Shown here piece by piece: positions 35,986 through 48,505 of a stretch of 64,000 nt of DNA; position 1 is the first letter of the stretch; the number at the start of each line of letters is the position of its first letter. A program made the translations under genes and the position numbers. Below the pieces are notes generated by a model that made no database searches, was not told the origin of the DNA, and saw nothing but the letters and a program-made list of their open reading frames with translations. Origin of the DNA: an uncultured Alphaproteobacteria bacterium (GTDB lineage Bacteria; Pseudomonadota; Alphaproteobacteria; Micropepsales; Micropepsaceae); assembly GCA_963735625.1 (NCBI GenBank), contig CAVTLJ010000002.1, forward strand, positions 21,777 through 85,776. The letters are read 5' to 3'.

Positions 35986-36420
35986 TCACGCCGCCTTCTC
36001 CATGCCGACGACCAGACGATGGCCGAGTGCATTCAACGCTTCCGTCAATGTCGCGAGTTTTGTGGCGTGACGCGGGTCGAGAATGCGCCTGACTTCTTTC
36101 TCGTTCTTGCCGATGCGTCTTGCCAGTTCCGATTTCGTGATATCGGCGGTGCGGAATGCCTCCAGCACGGCCAGTTTCGCCGCCACATCCGGTGCGACGG
36201 CGATAGCAATCAGGCCCTTGCCGCGCGCGCGCGATTTCGGCAGCGGCAGACCACGTTCGGGATAGGTAAGAAGTGCCAGACCGAGCGCATCCTCGGCCAT
36301 GATGCGCGCATCTTCCAGGTTGTCGCCTTGCGTGATGGCTTCCGGCACATCGGGAAAGCTCACCACGATGCCGCGCCTTGCACCCTTCTCGAATTCCGCA
36401 TGAAACATGAACGATTGCAT
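35986..36420 (-). CDS. hicB: HicB family antitoxin with HTH
   Basis: VSFPDVPEAITQGD..EDAL; C-terminal ELARRIGKNEKEVRRILDP. Confidence 0.9.
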   Translation of the reverse strand: MQSFMFHAEFEKGARRGIVVSFPDVPEAITQGDNLEDARIMAEDALGLALLTYPERGLPLPKSRARGKGLIAIAVAPDVAAKLAVLEAFRTADITKSELARRIGKNEKEVRRILDPRHATKLATLTEALNALGHRLVVGMEKAA

Positions 36421-36430
36421 TTGCGTCTCC

Positions 36431-36628
36431 TCAAGCCAGCCCCAATGTGCGGCGGATTTTCCGCGCCGTCTTCGGATCGATTTCACGCGACGGAAGCGTC
36501 GTCACGCGATTGCCCATCCACACCATCGCATGGCCGCCCTTGCCGCGGCCGTATTCGACCCGAAACGGAAGACCGCGCTTCTTGGCTTCATCGCGCAATT
36601 CGGCGATGAAACGGTCTCTTTTGTCCAT
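36431..36628 (-). CDS. hicA: HicA-like toxin
   Basis: 65-aa basic ORF with RGKGGH, TTLP and IRRTLG, directly upstream of hicB. Confidence 0.8.
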   Translation of the reverse strand: MDKRDRFIAELRDEAKKRGLPFRVEYGRGKGGHAMVWMGNRVTTLPSREIDPKTARKIRRTLGLA

Positions 36629-36640
36629 GCCCCCACCGTC

Positions 36641-36693
36641 AGTATATCGGACATTTATGTCCGAATGTCAACCCAAGCGGACAAATTTGTCCG
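36641..36693 (-). promoter_or_regulatory. hicAB promoter with two related palindromic operators
   Basis: TCGGACATTTATGTCCGA (36647-36664) and CGGACAAATTTGTCCG (36678-36693) flank a minus-strand TTGACA. Confidence 0.7.
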
Positions 36694-36696
36694 GCA

Positions 36697-37449
36697 TCAC
36701 AATCTCCGCCACGGAATGACAGCGCTTTCCGTGCGTTTCACCGACACGCCGAACACATCGGCCAGCGTTTCATCCGAAAGTGCCGCACCCTGGCTGACCA
36801 TGCGCCCGTGCGACAGCACCACAAGCTCGTCGCAAAACCGCGAGGCAAGCGACAGATCGTGCAGCGTGACGGCGACGGCGGTGCCGCGCGCGGCCTCCTC
36901 GCGCAGCAATTCCATCAATTGCAATTGATGCGCGGGGTCGAGATGCGCGGCGGGTTCATCGACCAGCAACACGGGTGCGGCCGTGGCCAGCGCACGCGCG
37001 AGCAACACGCGCGCCCTTTCGCCCGCCGAGAGTTCGTCCATGCGGCGATCGGCAAGTTCGGCTGCATCGCAACGCGCGAGCGCTTCATGCACGATTGCCA
37101 AATCGGTTGTGGAAAGCGGCGCGAAACCGCTGCGATGCGGCATGCGGCCGAGTGCCACCAGGCGATGCGCCTTCAGCGGCCAATGGCTTTCGGCCGATTG
37201 CGGCAGATAGGCCATCGCGCGCGCGCGGCCATCGCCGGACCATTCGTGCAAGGGACGGCCGAGCAATGTCACCTCGCCCGATGTTGCCGGAAGAAAGCCG
37301 AGCGCGGTTCGCAGCAATGTCGTTTTGCCCGCACCATTCGGCCCAATCAGGCCGGTGATGCAGCCGGGCGCGAAGGACAGCGTGACATTTTCGAGTGCGG
37401 CGCGCCCGCCATAGCTCGCCGAAACATTGCGAAGGGTGAGCGCGCTCAT
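36697..37449 (-). CDS. Cobalamin/Fe-siderophore ABC ATPase (BtuD-like)
   Basis: [29 protein letters not shown]. Confidence 0.9.
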   Translation of the reverse strand: MSALTLRNVSASYGGRAALENVTLSFAPGCITGLIGPNGAGKTTLLRTALGFLPATSGEVTLLGRPLHEWSGDGRARAMAYLPQSAESHWPLKAHRLVALGRMPHRSGFAPLSTTDLAIVHEALARCDAAELADRRMDELSAGERARVLLARALATAAPVLLVDEPAAHLDPAHQLQLMELLREEAARGTAVAVTLHDLSLASRFCDELVVLSHGRMVSQGAALSDETLADVFGVSVKRTESAVIPWRRL

Positions 37450-38481
37450 CCTTCCCTCCGTATGCGCAGGATCAGCCAGATGAAGAACGGCGCGCCCAGC
37501 ATGGCGGTGAGCACGCCGAGCAGCAATTGCCCGTCCGGCGCGATCAGCCGCACGGCGACATCGGCGGCGGCGACGAGTGCCGCACCGCCCAGCGCGGACG
37601 GCCAGATCAGCCGCGCGGGTTCATAGCCGTAGAACGGCCGCAACAGATGCGGGATGACGAGGCCGACGAAACTCACCGCACCCGCGGCAGCGGTTGCAGC
37701 ACCCGTCGCCAGTGCCACGCCCACCACCACGCGGCGGCGGATGTCATGCACATTCACGCCGAGGCTTTGCGCTGCTTCTTCGCCGAGGGTGAGCGCATCG
37801 AGGCCGCGCGCGGCACTTATCAAGATCAAAATGCCGAGTGCTGTGAGCGGCGCCGCGAAATAGAGATCGCTCAATGTGCGATCCTTCAGCGAGCCCATCA
37901 TCCACAACACCATCTCGCTCATGGCGTAAGGATTGGGCGCAAGCGAAAGCGCAAGTGCTGTGAGCGCGGTTGCGAGGCTTGCGATTGCCACACCCGCCAG
38001 CACCAGCGCCATCACGCCCGCGCCCGCGCGCGACAGCACGTAAAGGATTGCCGCCGCGGCCAGCGCGCCGATGATCGCGAAAGCCGGGAAGCAACGCGGG
38101 CATCGCCGCCGCCAATCCGAAATAAAGCGCAATCACCGCGCCCAATCCGGCGGAGGATGTGACGCCCGTCACGCCGGGTTCGGCCAGCGGATTGCGGAAC
38201 AATCCCTGAATGCCGCGCCACTCGCGCCCAGTGCGCCGCCAACCACCAACGCCAGTGCCGCGCGCGGCAAGCGTATCTCGCGCGCGATGACGCTCGCCAT
38301 GCCGTGGCGAGGAAAACAATCCGCCGATGAGTTCGCCCGGCGAAAGATTCGCAGGGCCCAGAAAAAACGAAACCGCCGCGAACGCCAGCGCGATCAGCGC
38401 CAGCGCGGATGTGATCCAGACATGCGGCGCGAATGCGAGCCGCAAATCGTTTCGCGATGTTTGTTCCAGTGCGCCGTCCAT
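37446..38481 (-). CDS. Cobalamin ABC permease (BtuC/FecCD family, frameshifted)
   Basis: QGLFRNPLAEPG, LGEEAAQSLGV, FVGLVIPH, LGAPFF. Confidence 0.9.
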
Positions 38482-38556
38482 ACGCCTCGCCTCATGGCGT
38501 CGCCGCTTGCGGGTTACCCCGCAACCATCGGCGCGCCCCGGCCTTTGGATGGACGA

Positions 38557-38732
38557 CTGCGACGGCAGGTTTCCTGGCTTCGCGGCTCAAACGCCTTCCC
38601 CGCCTTCCCGGTTTCCCAGTGGCATTCGGGGTTGGCTCGCCGCTCACAGTTGCGGGGGCAGCCGCGGATTTGGCGAACGCCGCCGCACCGCATTCCCTTT
38701 TCCTCCCGACGACCGGAAGGCACCGTTGCAGC
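38557..38732 (-). promoter_or_regulatory. Cobalamin (B12) riboswitch
   Basis: Minus strand: AAAAGGGAA, CGGTG, AAATCCG, CTGCCCCCGCAACTGT, GCCACTG, GGGAAG, B12 box GCCAGGAAACCTGCC; P1 CTGCAACGG/CCGTCGCAG. Confidence 0.93.
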
Positions 38733-38740
38733 GAAGAGTT

Positions 38741-39602
38741 TTAGTGCCGGGGGCGCGCCTTCGCAAGCGCGCGCGCCTGATTGCCCAATTCGGTGAAGGT
38801 TTGGGCCGCATCCGCCGACCAAGGGCCGGGGCAAAGCAGCGGCGTCAGCGAGGCATGCGCGATCAGGCTTTTGTCTTTCAGCGCCGCAAGTGCGGGATGG
38901 CGCAGGATGGCGTCGGCCTCGGCGGGCGCGCCTTCGTGGCTGTTGTTGAGGATCAGAAGTTCGGGCGCTGCCGCCACCACCGCCTCCACCGGCAAGCGGC
39001 CCAATCGCGTCGGGTGCATTGCAAGCGCGGCGTTTACAAGCCCCGCATCTTCCATGATCGCGTTGGTCACGGCATCGGAGGTGCTGTAGCCGTTGGGCTC
39101 ATAGATCAGCGCGCTCACCGGCGGATGCGGCGCGTGCGCGCGCGCGGATTGCAGCTTCGCATCCATGTCGCGCAGCAGCGGCGCGCGCGCGATCCTCCGC
39201 GCCGAGTTTCTCGCCAAGCATGATCGTCACGCGGCGTACATCGGCAAGCGAATTGGCCCATGGCACTTCGAGGATCGAAACGCCCGCCGATTTCAATTGC
39301 GCGACAAGGCGCGGGTTCGTGCCCTGATACATCACCACCAGATCGGGATGCTTCGACAGCACCGATTCCGCATCTGGCCTTATCAGCGCAATGCCTTGAA
39401 CCTTGTCCGCGATGGTGGAAACCACCGGATGCTTGTCGCCCGCCAGCACCGACAACGCCGCGATGCGGTCGCGCGGCAGAAGGCGGAAGACATATTCATC
39501 CGTACACAGAAATACCGAGACGACATGATGCGGCTGCGCCTCAGCGGGCGCCGCAAGCGCCAGCAATACAGCCAGCCATGTCCACCGCAAACGCATTGTC
39601 AT
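38741..39602 (-). CDS. Cobalamin ABC substrate-binding protein (BtuF-like, frameshifted)
   Basis: Signal peptide, VVSVFLCTDE, AESVL..PDLV, LRHPAL, CPGP. Confidence 0.82.
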
Positions 39603-39610
39603 CTCCGTTT

Positions 39611-39682
39611 CCCTCCCCCTTCGGCGGGCTCAGGGTGAGGGGTTTAGCAATCCCTCATGCTCAGCTTGTCGAAGCGTGGGGG
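39611..39682. repeat. REP-like inverted palindrome pair, copy 2
   Basis: CTCAGGGTGAGGG...CCCTCATGCTCAGCTTGTCGAAGC, similar to 4249..4320. Confidence 0.75.
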
Positions 39683-39889
39683 GCCGCATCACCCGTTGCC
39701 GCCCGGCCACGCAAAAGTGAGAATTTGTCAGGTTGACGCAGGGATAGCGCGGCAAACACCCTTTTTCGGTATGAATCGACCCAAACCGGCCCCATAAGGC
39801 CCCATCTTTTCGCTTTATTCTTTCCGGCCAAGGGACTAAACCATCGCACTAATGACATTAGTGTCAACAAGACTTCAGGGAACAAGCCA

Positions 39890-41729
39890 ATGCCCGTCTA
39901 TCGCGCGCCAGTCGAAGACTTCCGCTTCCTGATGCACGAGTTCTTCAACATCGAGAATTATCGCGACCTGCCCCAGTTCGAGGACCTCTCGCCCGATCTG
40001 CTGGACGACATCCTCGCCCAATGGCGGCAAGTTCTGCGAGGAAGTGCTGCAGCCGATCAACCAGTCGGGCGACGAGGAAGGCTGCCATTTCGAGAACGGC
40101 GTGGTGCGCACGCCCAAGGGCTTCAAGGAAGCCTATGACAAGCTGCTGCGAGGCGGGCTGGGGCGCGCTGTCCGCGCCCGTCGCAGCTTCGGCGGCGGCG
40201 GCATGCCGATGATGGTGGTGATGGCGTTCGGCGAAATGGCGCAAAGCGCCAATCAGGCCTTCGCGATGTATCCCGGTCTTTCGGGCGCTGCGTGCGGCGC
40301 GCTGATCGTCACCGGACAGGACTGGATGCGCAGAATCCATCGTGCCGAAGATGGTTTCGGGCGAATGGGCGGGCACGATGTGCCTGACCGAGCCCAATTG
40401 CGGCACCGATCTGCGCCTGATGAAAACGAAGGCGGTGGAGCAGCCCGACGGCACCTATCGCATCACCGGCACCAAGATTTTCATTTCCGGCGGCGATCAG
40501 GATTTGACCGACAACATCATCCACATGGTGATCGCGAAAATCCCCGACGAGAACGGCCAGATCCACGACGATCTGGGCACGGTCAATTTCTTCATGGTGC
40601 CGAAATTCATCGTGTCGCGAAGACGGCAAGATGGGAAAGCGCAATGGCGTCGACCACCGGCGGCATCGAAAAGAAAATGGGCATCAAGGGCTCGGCCACC
40701 TGCGTGCTGAATTTCGACGACGCGGTTGCCTGGCGGCTCGGCCCCAAGCCCGACAAATCCGGCGAGGCAAGCACGAAATCGTCCTCCGCCGGCATGAAGG
40801 GCATGTTCGGCATGATGAATGCGGCGCGCCTTGGCGTCGGCGTGCAGGGCATCTCCATCGGCGAGGTGGCCTATCAGAACGGCTTTGCTTACGCCCATGA
40901 GCGCCGCGCCATGCGCGCGCTGACCGGCCCGAAGGAGCCCGACAAATCCGCCGATCTTCTGATCGTGCAGCCCGATGTGCGCCGCATGCTGCTGCACAGC
41001 CGCGCTTTCGTGGAAGGCGCGCGCGCGGTGGCGATGTGGACGACGCTCAACATGGCGATCGCCGAATCCAATCGCCCGGAAGCGCGACGAGGCCGACCTG
41101 ATCTCCGATCTGATGACGCCGGTCATCAAGGCGTTCTTCACCGACATGGGCTTCGAAGTCGCCAACATGAACATGCAGATCTATGGCGGCCACGGCTATA
41201 TCCGCGACAATGGCGTGGAGCAGTTCGTGCGCGATGCGCGCATCAACCAGACCTATGAAGGCGCCAACGCCGTGCAGGCGCTGGACCTCGTCGGCCGCAA
41301 GCTCGGCCGCAAGGGTGGTGCCGCCCCGATGGCGCTGTTCAAGCAGGTGAGCGGGTTCCTCGCCGAGAACGAAGCCAATGAAGAACTGAAGCCTTACATG
41401 AAGCCCGTGCAGCGCGGCGTGGATCTGCTGCAGCAGGCGACCATGTGGCTCGCAGCGCACGGCATGCAGAACCCCAATGATGCGGGTGCGGCGGCGGTGG
41501 ATTATCTGCGCATGATGGGCATTATCGTGACGGGCTGGATGTGGGCGCGCATGGCGAAGTTGGCGCTGGAAAAGCTCAAGACCAATCCGTCGAACGCCCA
41601 GTTCTACGAGGACAAGCTCGTTTCCGCGCGCTACTGGATGGAGCGCATGATCCCGGAATGCCCGATGCTGTTCGAGCGCATCCAGGCGGGATCGGAAAAT
41701 CTGATGGCGTTCGAGAAGGCGCAGCCTGA
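39890..41729 (+). CDS. Long-type acyl-CoA dehydrogenase (frameshifted)
   Basis: GTMCLTEPNCGTDL, ITGTKIFISGG, GGHGYI, RDARI..YEGANAVQALDL. Confidence 0.92.
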
Positions 41730-41755
41730 CTACCCTCTCCCCTTGTGGGAGAGGG

Positions 41756-42461
41756 CTACGGCCTCGCGCTGTTCGCCGCCTTCGCCGCGTCGTTCACCGG
41801 TTCGGCGTTGAGGCCCGATTGCGTCATCACCACGCGATATTGCGCGCCATCGGCGAGCGGCATGTAGGCTCGACGATCCGAAGCGGCGGTCTTCGACATA
41901 GGCGTGATCGACGATCCAGAACAGCCAGGATTTGCGGCACATACTGGTTCACCACGGGCGGCGGGCCCTTGAGATCGCAGGCCGTGATCGGCTTGCCGTT
42001 GCCGCGCGAGGCATCGAAATATTTGTTGTCGATCTGATCGAGCGTGTAGGTGGCATCCAGCCCCAGAACATTGGCCCACGGTTTCCATTTCTGCACGCGC
42101 GCGCTCAGTCTCCCATTCGTCGCCTTGCAGCTTGCAGGTCTCCACGGGCGTGGCGGTGTCGAGCCGCGTGACCGTCACCTCATAAAGATTGTTCGCCGGA
42201 TCGAGCGCCTTGATGCTCACATCGGCCAGCGTCGCCTTCATGCGACAGCCGCGCGAAGCTTTGCGTGTTGAGCGCGAGAAGGCTCGCGGCCAATCCCACA
42301 ATCGCAAACGGCGCACCGATGATGGAATGCACGCTCGCCCTGCCCGGCCTGCCGCCGAACAGATGACCGATGCCCGTCAACAGCAGCAGCACGCCGAAAC
42401 CGGCCGCGGCAAGCGGCACGGCAATCCAGTACCAACCGAGCGGCGAAAGGAATGACAACAT
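41756..42461 (-). CDS. Hypothetical membrane protein (frameshifted)
   Basis: Two N-terminal TMs, then LQGDEW, KWKPWANVLGLD, YMPLADGAQYRV. Confidence 0.7.
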
Positions 42462-42562
42462 GGGAATTCTCCCGTTCGAACCGCCAATTTAAGCAAGAAA
42501 TGCGGCAAAAGTCCGGTTGTTTCTGAAGAATTTTGCCGGGTTTCTTAACCATAAACCGCGTT

Positions 42563-45500
42563 TCAGGCCGCTTTTGCGATTTTCGCGAGCTGGCCGAGGA
42601 TCGCCTGCGCGCCTTTCAGGCGGCTTTCCGGCGTCGGCCATTCGCGCGCGATGACGACCTTCTGGTCGGGGCGCACGCGCATGGTCGATTGATGCTCGCT
42701 GATGAGCCGCACGAGGCCAAGCGGATTGGGGAAGGTCGAATTGCGGAAGGAGATGGTGGCGCCCTTCGGCCCCATCTCGATCTTTTCCACCAGCGCGATG
42801 CGGCAGAGATGCTTGATGGCGACGATTTCGAGCAGATGCTTCACTTCATCCGGCAACGCACCGAAACGGTCGATCAGTTCGGCGGCGAAGCCTTCGATGT
42901 CGGCGCGTTCCTCAAGTGCCGCCAACCGTCGATAAAGCGCCATGCGCACATTCAGATCGGGCACATAGGCTTCGGGGATCAGCACGGCCGCACCGATATT
43001 GATCAGCGGCGACCATTGATCGGCAAGTTCCGCGCCTCGCCCCTTCGCGCATCTGCGAGACGGCTTCTTCGAGCATCTCCTGATAAAGCTCGATGCCGAC
43101 TTCGCGCACATGGCCGGATTGTTCTTCGCCGAGCAGATTTCCCGCGCCGCGAATATCGAGATCGTGGCTCGCAATCGAGAACCCCGCGCCCAATTGATCC
43201 AGCGATTGCAGCACCTGCAAGCGCCGCTCGGCGGTTTCGGTGAGCTTGCGGTCGGCGGGCGTGGTCAGATACGCATACGCGCGCTGCTTGGAACGCCCGA
43301 TGCGCCCGCGCAATTGATAAAGCTGCGACAGGCCGAACATATCGGCGCGATGCACGATCATCGTGTTGGCGGTCGGGATGTCGAGCCCGCTTTCCACGAT
43401 GTTGGTGGAAATCAGCACATCCACCTTGCGGTCGTAAAACGCGGTCATCGCGTCTTCCAGAATGCCCGGCGCCATCTGGCCATGCGCCACGATGGTTTTC
43501 ACTTCGGGCACGGTGTCTTTCAGGAAATTGTTCGGCGTCGCGCAGATCGGCGATGCGCGGGGCGACATAAAAGCTCTGCCCGCCGCGATAATGCTCGCGC
43601 AGCAGCGCCTCGCGGATGACAAGCGGATCGAACGGCGTGACGAACGTGCGCACGGCAAGCCGGTCGATCGGCGGCGTGGTGATGAGCGACAGATCGCGCA
43701 CGCCCGACAGCGCCAGTTGCAGCGTGCGCGGGATTGGGCGTGGCCGTCAGCGTCAGCACATGCACATCGGCCTTCAGCGATTTCAGGCGTTCCTTGTGGC
43801 TCACGCCGAAATGCTGTTCCTCATCGACAATCACAAGACCGAGATTCCTGAACTCGATGCTTTTGGCGAGCAGCGCATGCGTGCCGATCACGATGTCGAT
43901 ATCGCCGGATGCAAGCCCCGCTTTGGTTTCGCGCGCGTCTTTCGCATCGACAAAACGCGAAAGCTGGCGCATTTTCAGCGGAATGCCCTTGAAGCGTTCG
44001 GAGAAGGTCTTGAAATGCTGACGCGCGAGCAGCGTGGTCGGCACCACCACCGCAACCTGCACGCCGGTCATCGCCGCGACAAACGCCGCGCGCAACGCGA
44101 CTTCGGTTTTGCCGAATCCGACATCGCCGCAGACGAGCCGGTCCATCGGGCGGCCCTTCGCCAGGTCCTCGACGGTTTCGCGCAATGGCGCGTTCCTGAT
44201 CGTCCGTCTCCTGATAGGGAAAGCGCGCGCAGAATTCGTCGTACAAGCCTTGCGGCGGATCGATGGCAGGCAGCGATTTCAATTCGCGCGCGGCGGCGAT
44301 GCGGATGAGTTCGGCCGCGATCTCGCGCACGCGCTCCTTCATGCGGGCCTTGCGGCTTTGCCAGCCCGCGCCGCCGAGGCGGTCAAGCTGTGCGGTGCCT
44401 TCGTCGGCGCCATAGCGCGTCAGCAATTCGATATTTTCGACAGGCAGAAAAAGTTTGCCGCCGTCATATTGCAGTTCCAGGCAATCATGCGGCGCGCCGA
44501 TCACATCGAGCGTGCGCAATCCCAGATAACGCGCGATGCCATGCTCCACATGCGTGACGAGATCGCCCGGCGCGATGGACGAGGCTTCCTGCAAAAAATT
44601 CTGTGCGCGGCGCGATCGCGCGCGCGGGCGGATCATGCGGTCGCCCAGAATATCCTGTTCCGCGATCACCGCAAAATCGGGCGCTTCGAATCCATGCTCC
44701 AGCGGCAGCACGGCGATTCCGGCGGCATTCTTGTGCAGCTTCAGCGCATCGGGCCAATCGGCGACAGCGCGCGCGGCCTCGAGCCCATGATCGGCAAGCA
44801 CGCCGCCCATGCGCTCGGCGGAGCCTTCGGTCCACGCCGCCAAAATCACGCGCTTGCCCGATGCTTGCAACGCTTTGGCATGCGCCGCCGCCGCTTCGAA
44901 AACATTGAGGCGTTCTTGCGTGCGCTCCGGCGCGAAATCGCGGCCCAGCCTTCCGCCCGCATCGGTGGAATTTTTCGAATCCGGCGCATGAAACGGCGAA
45001 AGCTCGCGCACGCGCGCGGTGCGAAAGTGCGGCCTTCCATTCCTTGTCGGACAGATAAAGCCGCTCCGGCGGCAGCGGGCGATAAGGTGCTGCCCCGATC
45101 TTGTCCTTGCCGTGATCGGACTGAAGAAATTGTTTTCGCGTCGCGTAATAATCCGCGATCAGTTCGAGCCGCGCGGCTTTGGCGTCCTCGCTGCCCGCGC
45201 CAAGAAAAATGGTCGCGCCATCCGCATAATCGAACACCGTATCCAGATGATCGTGGAACAGCGGCAGCCAATGCTCCATGCCCTGATGCTTGCGCCCCGC
45301 GCTCACCGATTCATAAAGCGGGTCTTCGGCATCGGCGGGACCGAACGCGGCCACATAGCCTGCGCGAAACCGGCTGATCGAATGTCTGATCGAGCGGCGT
45401 TTCGCTGGCGGGCAGGAATTCCACTTCTCGATCTTGTCCGATGACAAGTTGCGTTTCCGCATCGAATTTGCGGATGGCATCGAGCGTGGGGCCGAAGAAA

Positions 45501-46057
45501 TCGAGCCGCAGCGGCTGCTCCGCGCCCGGCGGCCACAGATCGATGATCCCGCCGCGCAGCGCGAAATCGCCGGGCTCGCGCACCGTGCTTGCGCGCGCAT
45601 AGCCGTTGCGCGCGAGAAACACGATCAGCGCATCGTGATCGACATCCGCCGCCCGCGCGCGCATGAAAGCTCGCCTCGCGCAATCGCATCGCGCGGCGGC
45701 ACGCGCTGCAACAGCGCATTGATCGTGGTGACGACGACGCAAGGCTCATCCTTCGATTTGCGCCGCGCCAAGAGCCGCCAGCGTCGCCAATCGCGCGCTT
45801 TCGATATCGGGCTTGGGCGATACGCGGTCATACGGCAAACAATCCCACGCCGGAAATGACAGCACCGGCAGACCCGGCGCGAAAAAGCGGATGACCTGCT
45901 TCGCCTCCTCCGCGCGCACATCGTCGGCCAGCACGAAAACGACAAGCCCCTTGCCGCGCTGCGCCGCTTCGGCCACGACATAGGCGTCATAGCCTTCCGG
46001 CGCGCCGGTGACGGCGAAGCGCGCTTCCGCGCGCGCGATATAGTTCAGACGTTCCAT
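42563..46057 (-). CDS. mfd: Transcription-repair coupling factor (frameshifted)
   Basis: [56 protein letters not shown]. Confidence 0.96.
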
Positions 46058-46344
46058 GTGGGATTCTGGCGAGCGCAAAGCGCGCGCATCTGCGCAAAAA
46101 CTGGCGTGTCGAATGCGGGCGGCACGGGCGCATCGCCCTTCAGCCAGGCGTAGACCTCCTGATCGGGCGCTTCGAGCAGCGCCTCGAACTGGTCGAGCGC
46201 GGCCTCGCTCATGCCCGAAAGCTCGGCGGCCGCGAAGGTGCCGAAGATCAAATCGACCTCCTTGAAGCCGCGCCGCTGCGCGCGGAACAACAGCCGTTTG
46301 CGGCGGGCCTCCGAAGAGCCGCCGTCTGATGATGCGATAGCCAT
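46045..46344 (-). CDS. sdhE: Succinate dehydrogenase flavinylation factor (SdhE/Sdh5)
   Basis: RKRLLFRAQRRGFKEVDLIFG (RGxxE motif); lies between recG and mfd. Confidence 0.9.
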   Translation of the reverse strand: MAIASSDGGSSEARRKRLLFRAQRRGFKEVDLIFGTFAAAELSGMSEAALDQFEALLEAPDQEVYAWLKGDAPVPPAFDTPVFAQMRALCARQNPTWNV

Positions 46345-46418
46345 GCGCCGCATATAGCGCGTGGGGCGCCGTTCTGCCAGTGGCAGAACGGGTGCGGCCT
46401 CAGATAAATTCGAGCGCC

Positions 46419-48503
46419 ATGCGGCCAGCGATTCTCTTTCCCCTGTTCGCCGAAACGCGAAGCCTGCCGGGCATCGGGCCGCGGCTGGAGAAGCTCATCG
46501 CGCGCGCGGCGGGGCCGCGGCTGCTCGACCTGATCTTCCATCTGCCGTCCGGGCTGATCGACCGCTCCTACCGCCCCACGCTGATCGCGGCGGAAGCGGG
46601 GCGCATCGCGACGGTGAGCGTGAACGTGCTCGATCATCTGCCGCCGCGCGACCGCCGCCAGCCCTATAAAGTGCGCTGCTCCGACGACACAGCGGCAATC
46701 GAGTCTGGTGTTCTTTCACGCCGATGCGGATTATTTGAAGCGCGTGCTGCCGGTGGGGCAAAAGCGCGTCATCAGCGGCAAGATCGAGCGCTATGGCGGC
46801 CAGCCTGCAAATGGCGCATCCCGATTACATTCTGCCGCCGGACGAGATGGCGGAATTGCCGCAGCATGAGCCCGTCTATCCGCTCACCGAAAATTTGCCG
46901 ACGAAAATTCTGGGCAAGGCCATTCGCGGCGCGCTGGAAAAAGTGCCCGCGATGCCGGAATGGGATGATGCGGCGTTTCTGAAAGTGCATGGCTGGAAAA
47001 GTTTCACCGAAGCGTTGCAGATGGCGCACGCGCCGCAGAACGAGGCGGATTTGCTGCCCACCGCACCCGCGCGGATGCGGCTGGCCTATGACGAATTGCT
47101 CGCCAACCAGCTTGCGCTGGCGCTGATCCGCGCGCGGATGCGCGGGCAGAAGGGGCGCAGTCTGCGCGGCGACGGACATTTGCAGAAGCGCGCGATCGCC
47201 GCCCTGCCCTTTACGCTGACCGAAGCGCAAACGCAGGCGATTGCCGAAATCGAAGCCGATATGGAAGCGCCCACGCGCATGTTGCGTCTGCTGCAGGGCG
47301 ATGTCGGCGCGGGAAAAACAATCGTCGCGATGTGCGCGCTGCTCGAACGCCGTGGAAGCAGGCGCGCAAGGCGCGCTGATGGCGCCGACGGAAATCCTCG
47401 CGCGGCAGCATATGGCAGCACTCGAACCGCTGGCGCGCGCGGCCGGCATTCGCATGGCGCTGCTCACGGGGCGCGAGCGCGGGCCAACGCGCGACGAAAC
47501 TCTGCGATGCAATTGGCGGCGGGAAAGATCGACATTCTCGTCGGCACGCATGCGCTGTTTTCCGAAGATGTCGCGTTCCGCGATCTGGCCCTGGCCGTGG
47601 TCGATGAGCAGCATCGCTTCGGCGTGCATCAGCGCATGCTGCTGCAAGGCAAGGGCTTCACCGATGTGCTGGTGATGACGGCAACGCCGATCCCGCGCAC
47701 GCTGGCGCTGACCGCTTATGGCGACATGGATGTGTCGCGGCTGACGGGCCGCCCGCCCGGCCGCAAGCCGGTGGATACGCGCGTGCTGAATGCGGCGCGG
47801 CTGGATGAAGTCGTCGAACATCTCAAGCGCGCGGTCGCGAAAGGCGCGCGCGCCTATTGGGTGTGTCCGCTGGTGGAGGAATCCGAGAAGATCGATCTTG
47901 CCGCCGCCGAGGAACGCGCCGCCGAATTGCGCAAAATTTTCGGCAGCAAGGTCGGCCTCGTGCATGGCCGCCTGAAAGCCGCCGAGCGCGACGACGCGAT
48001 GGCGAAATTCAAATCGGGCGAAACCTCCATTCTCGTCGCCACCACGGTGATCGAGGTGGGCGTCGATGTGCCCGAAGCGACGATCATGGTGGTTGAACAT
48101 GCCGAACGGTTCGGCCTCGCGCAGCTTGCACCAATTGCGCGGGCGCGTCGGGCGCGGCGATGCGAAATCGACCTGCCTTCTCATCTATCATCCGCCGCTG
48201 GGCGAAAACGCGAAGGCGCGGCTCAAAACCTTGCGCGAAACCGATGATGGTTTCGTGATCGCGGAGGAAGATTTGCGGCTGCGCGGCGCGGGCGAATTGC
48301 TCGGCGTGCGGCAAAGCGGATTGCCGGAATTTCGCATCGCCGATCTTGCGGCGCATGGCGAACTTCTGGCGGCCGCGCGCGACGATGCCAAGCTGATCGT
48401 GTCGCGCGATCCCGACCTCAAATCGCCGCGCGGCGAGGCCTTGCGCGTGCTACTTTATCTTTTCGAGCGCGACGAAGCCGTGCGCTATTTGCGGACCGGA
48501 TAA
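46419..48503 (+). CDS. recG: ATP-dependent DNA helicase RecG (frameshifted)
   Basis: [49 protein letters not shown]. Confidence 0.96.
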
Positions 48504-48505
48504 AC

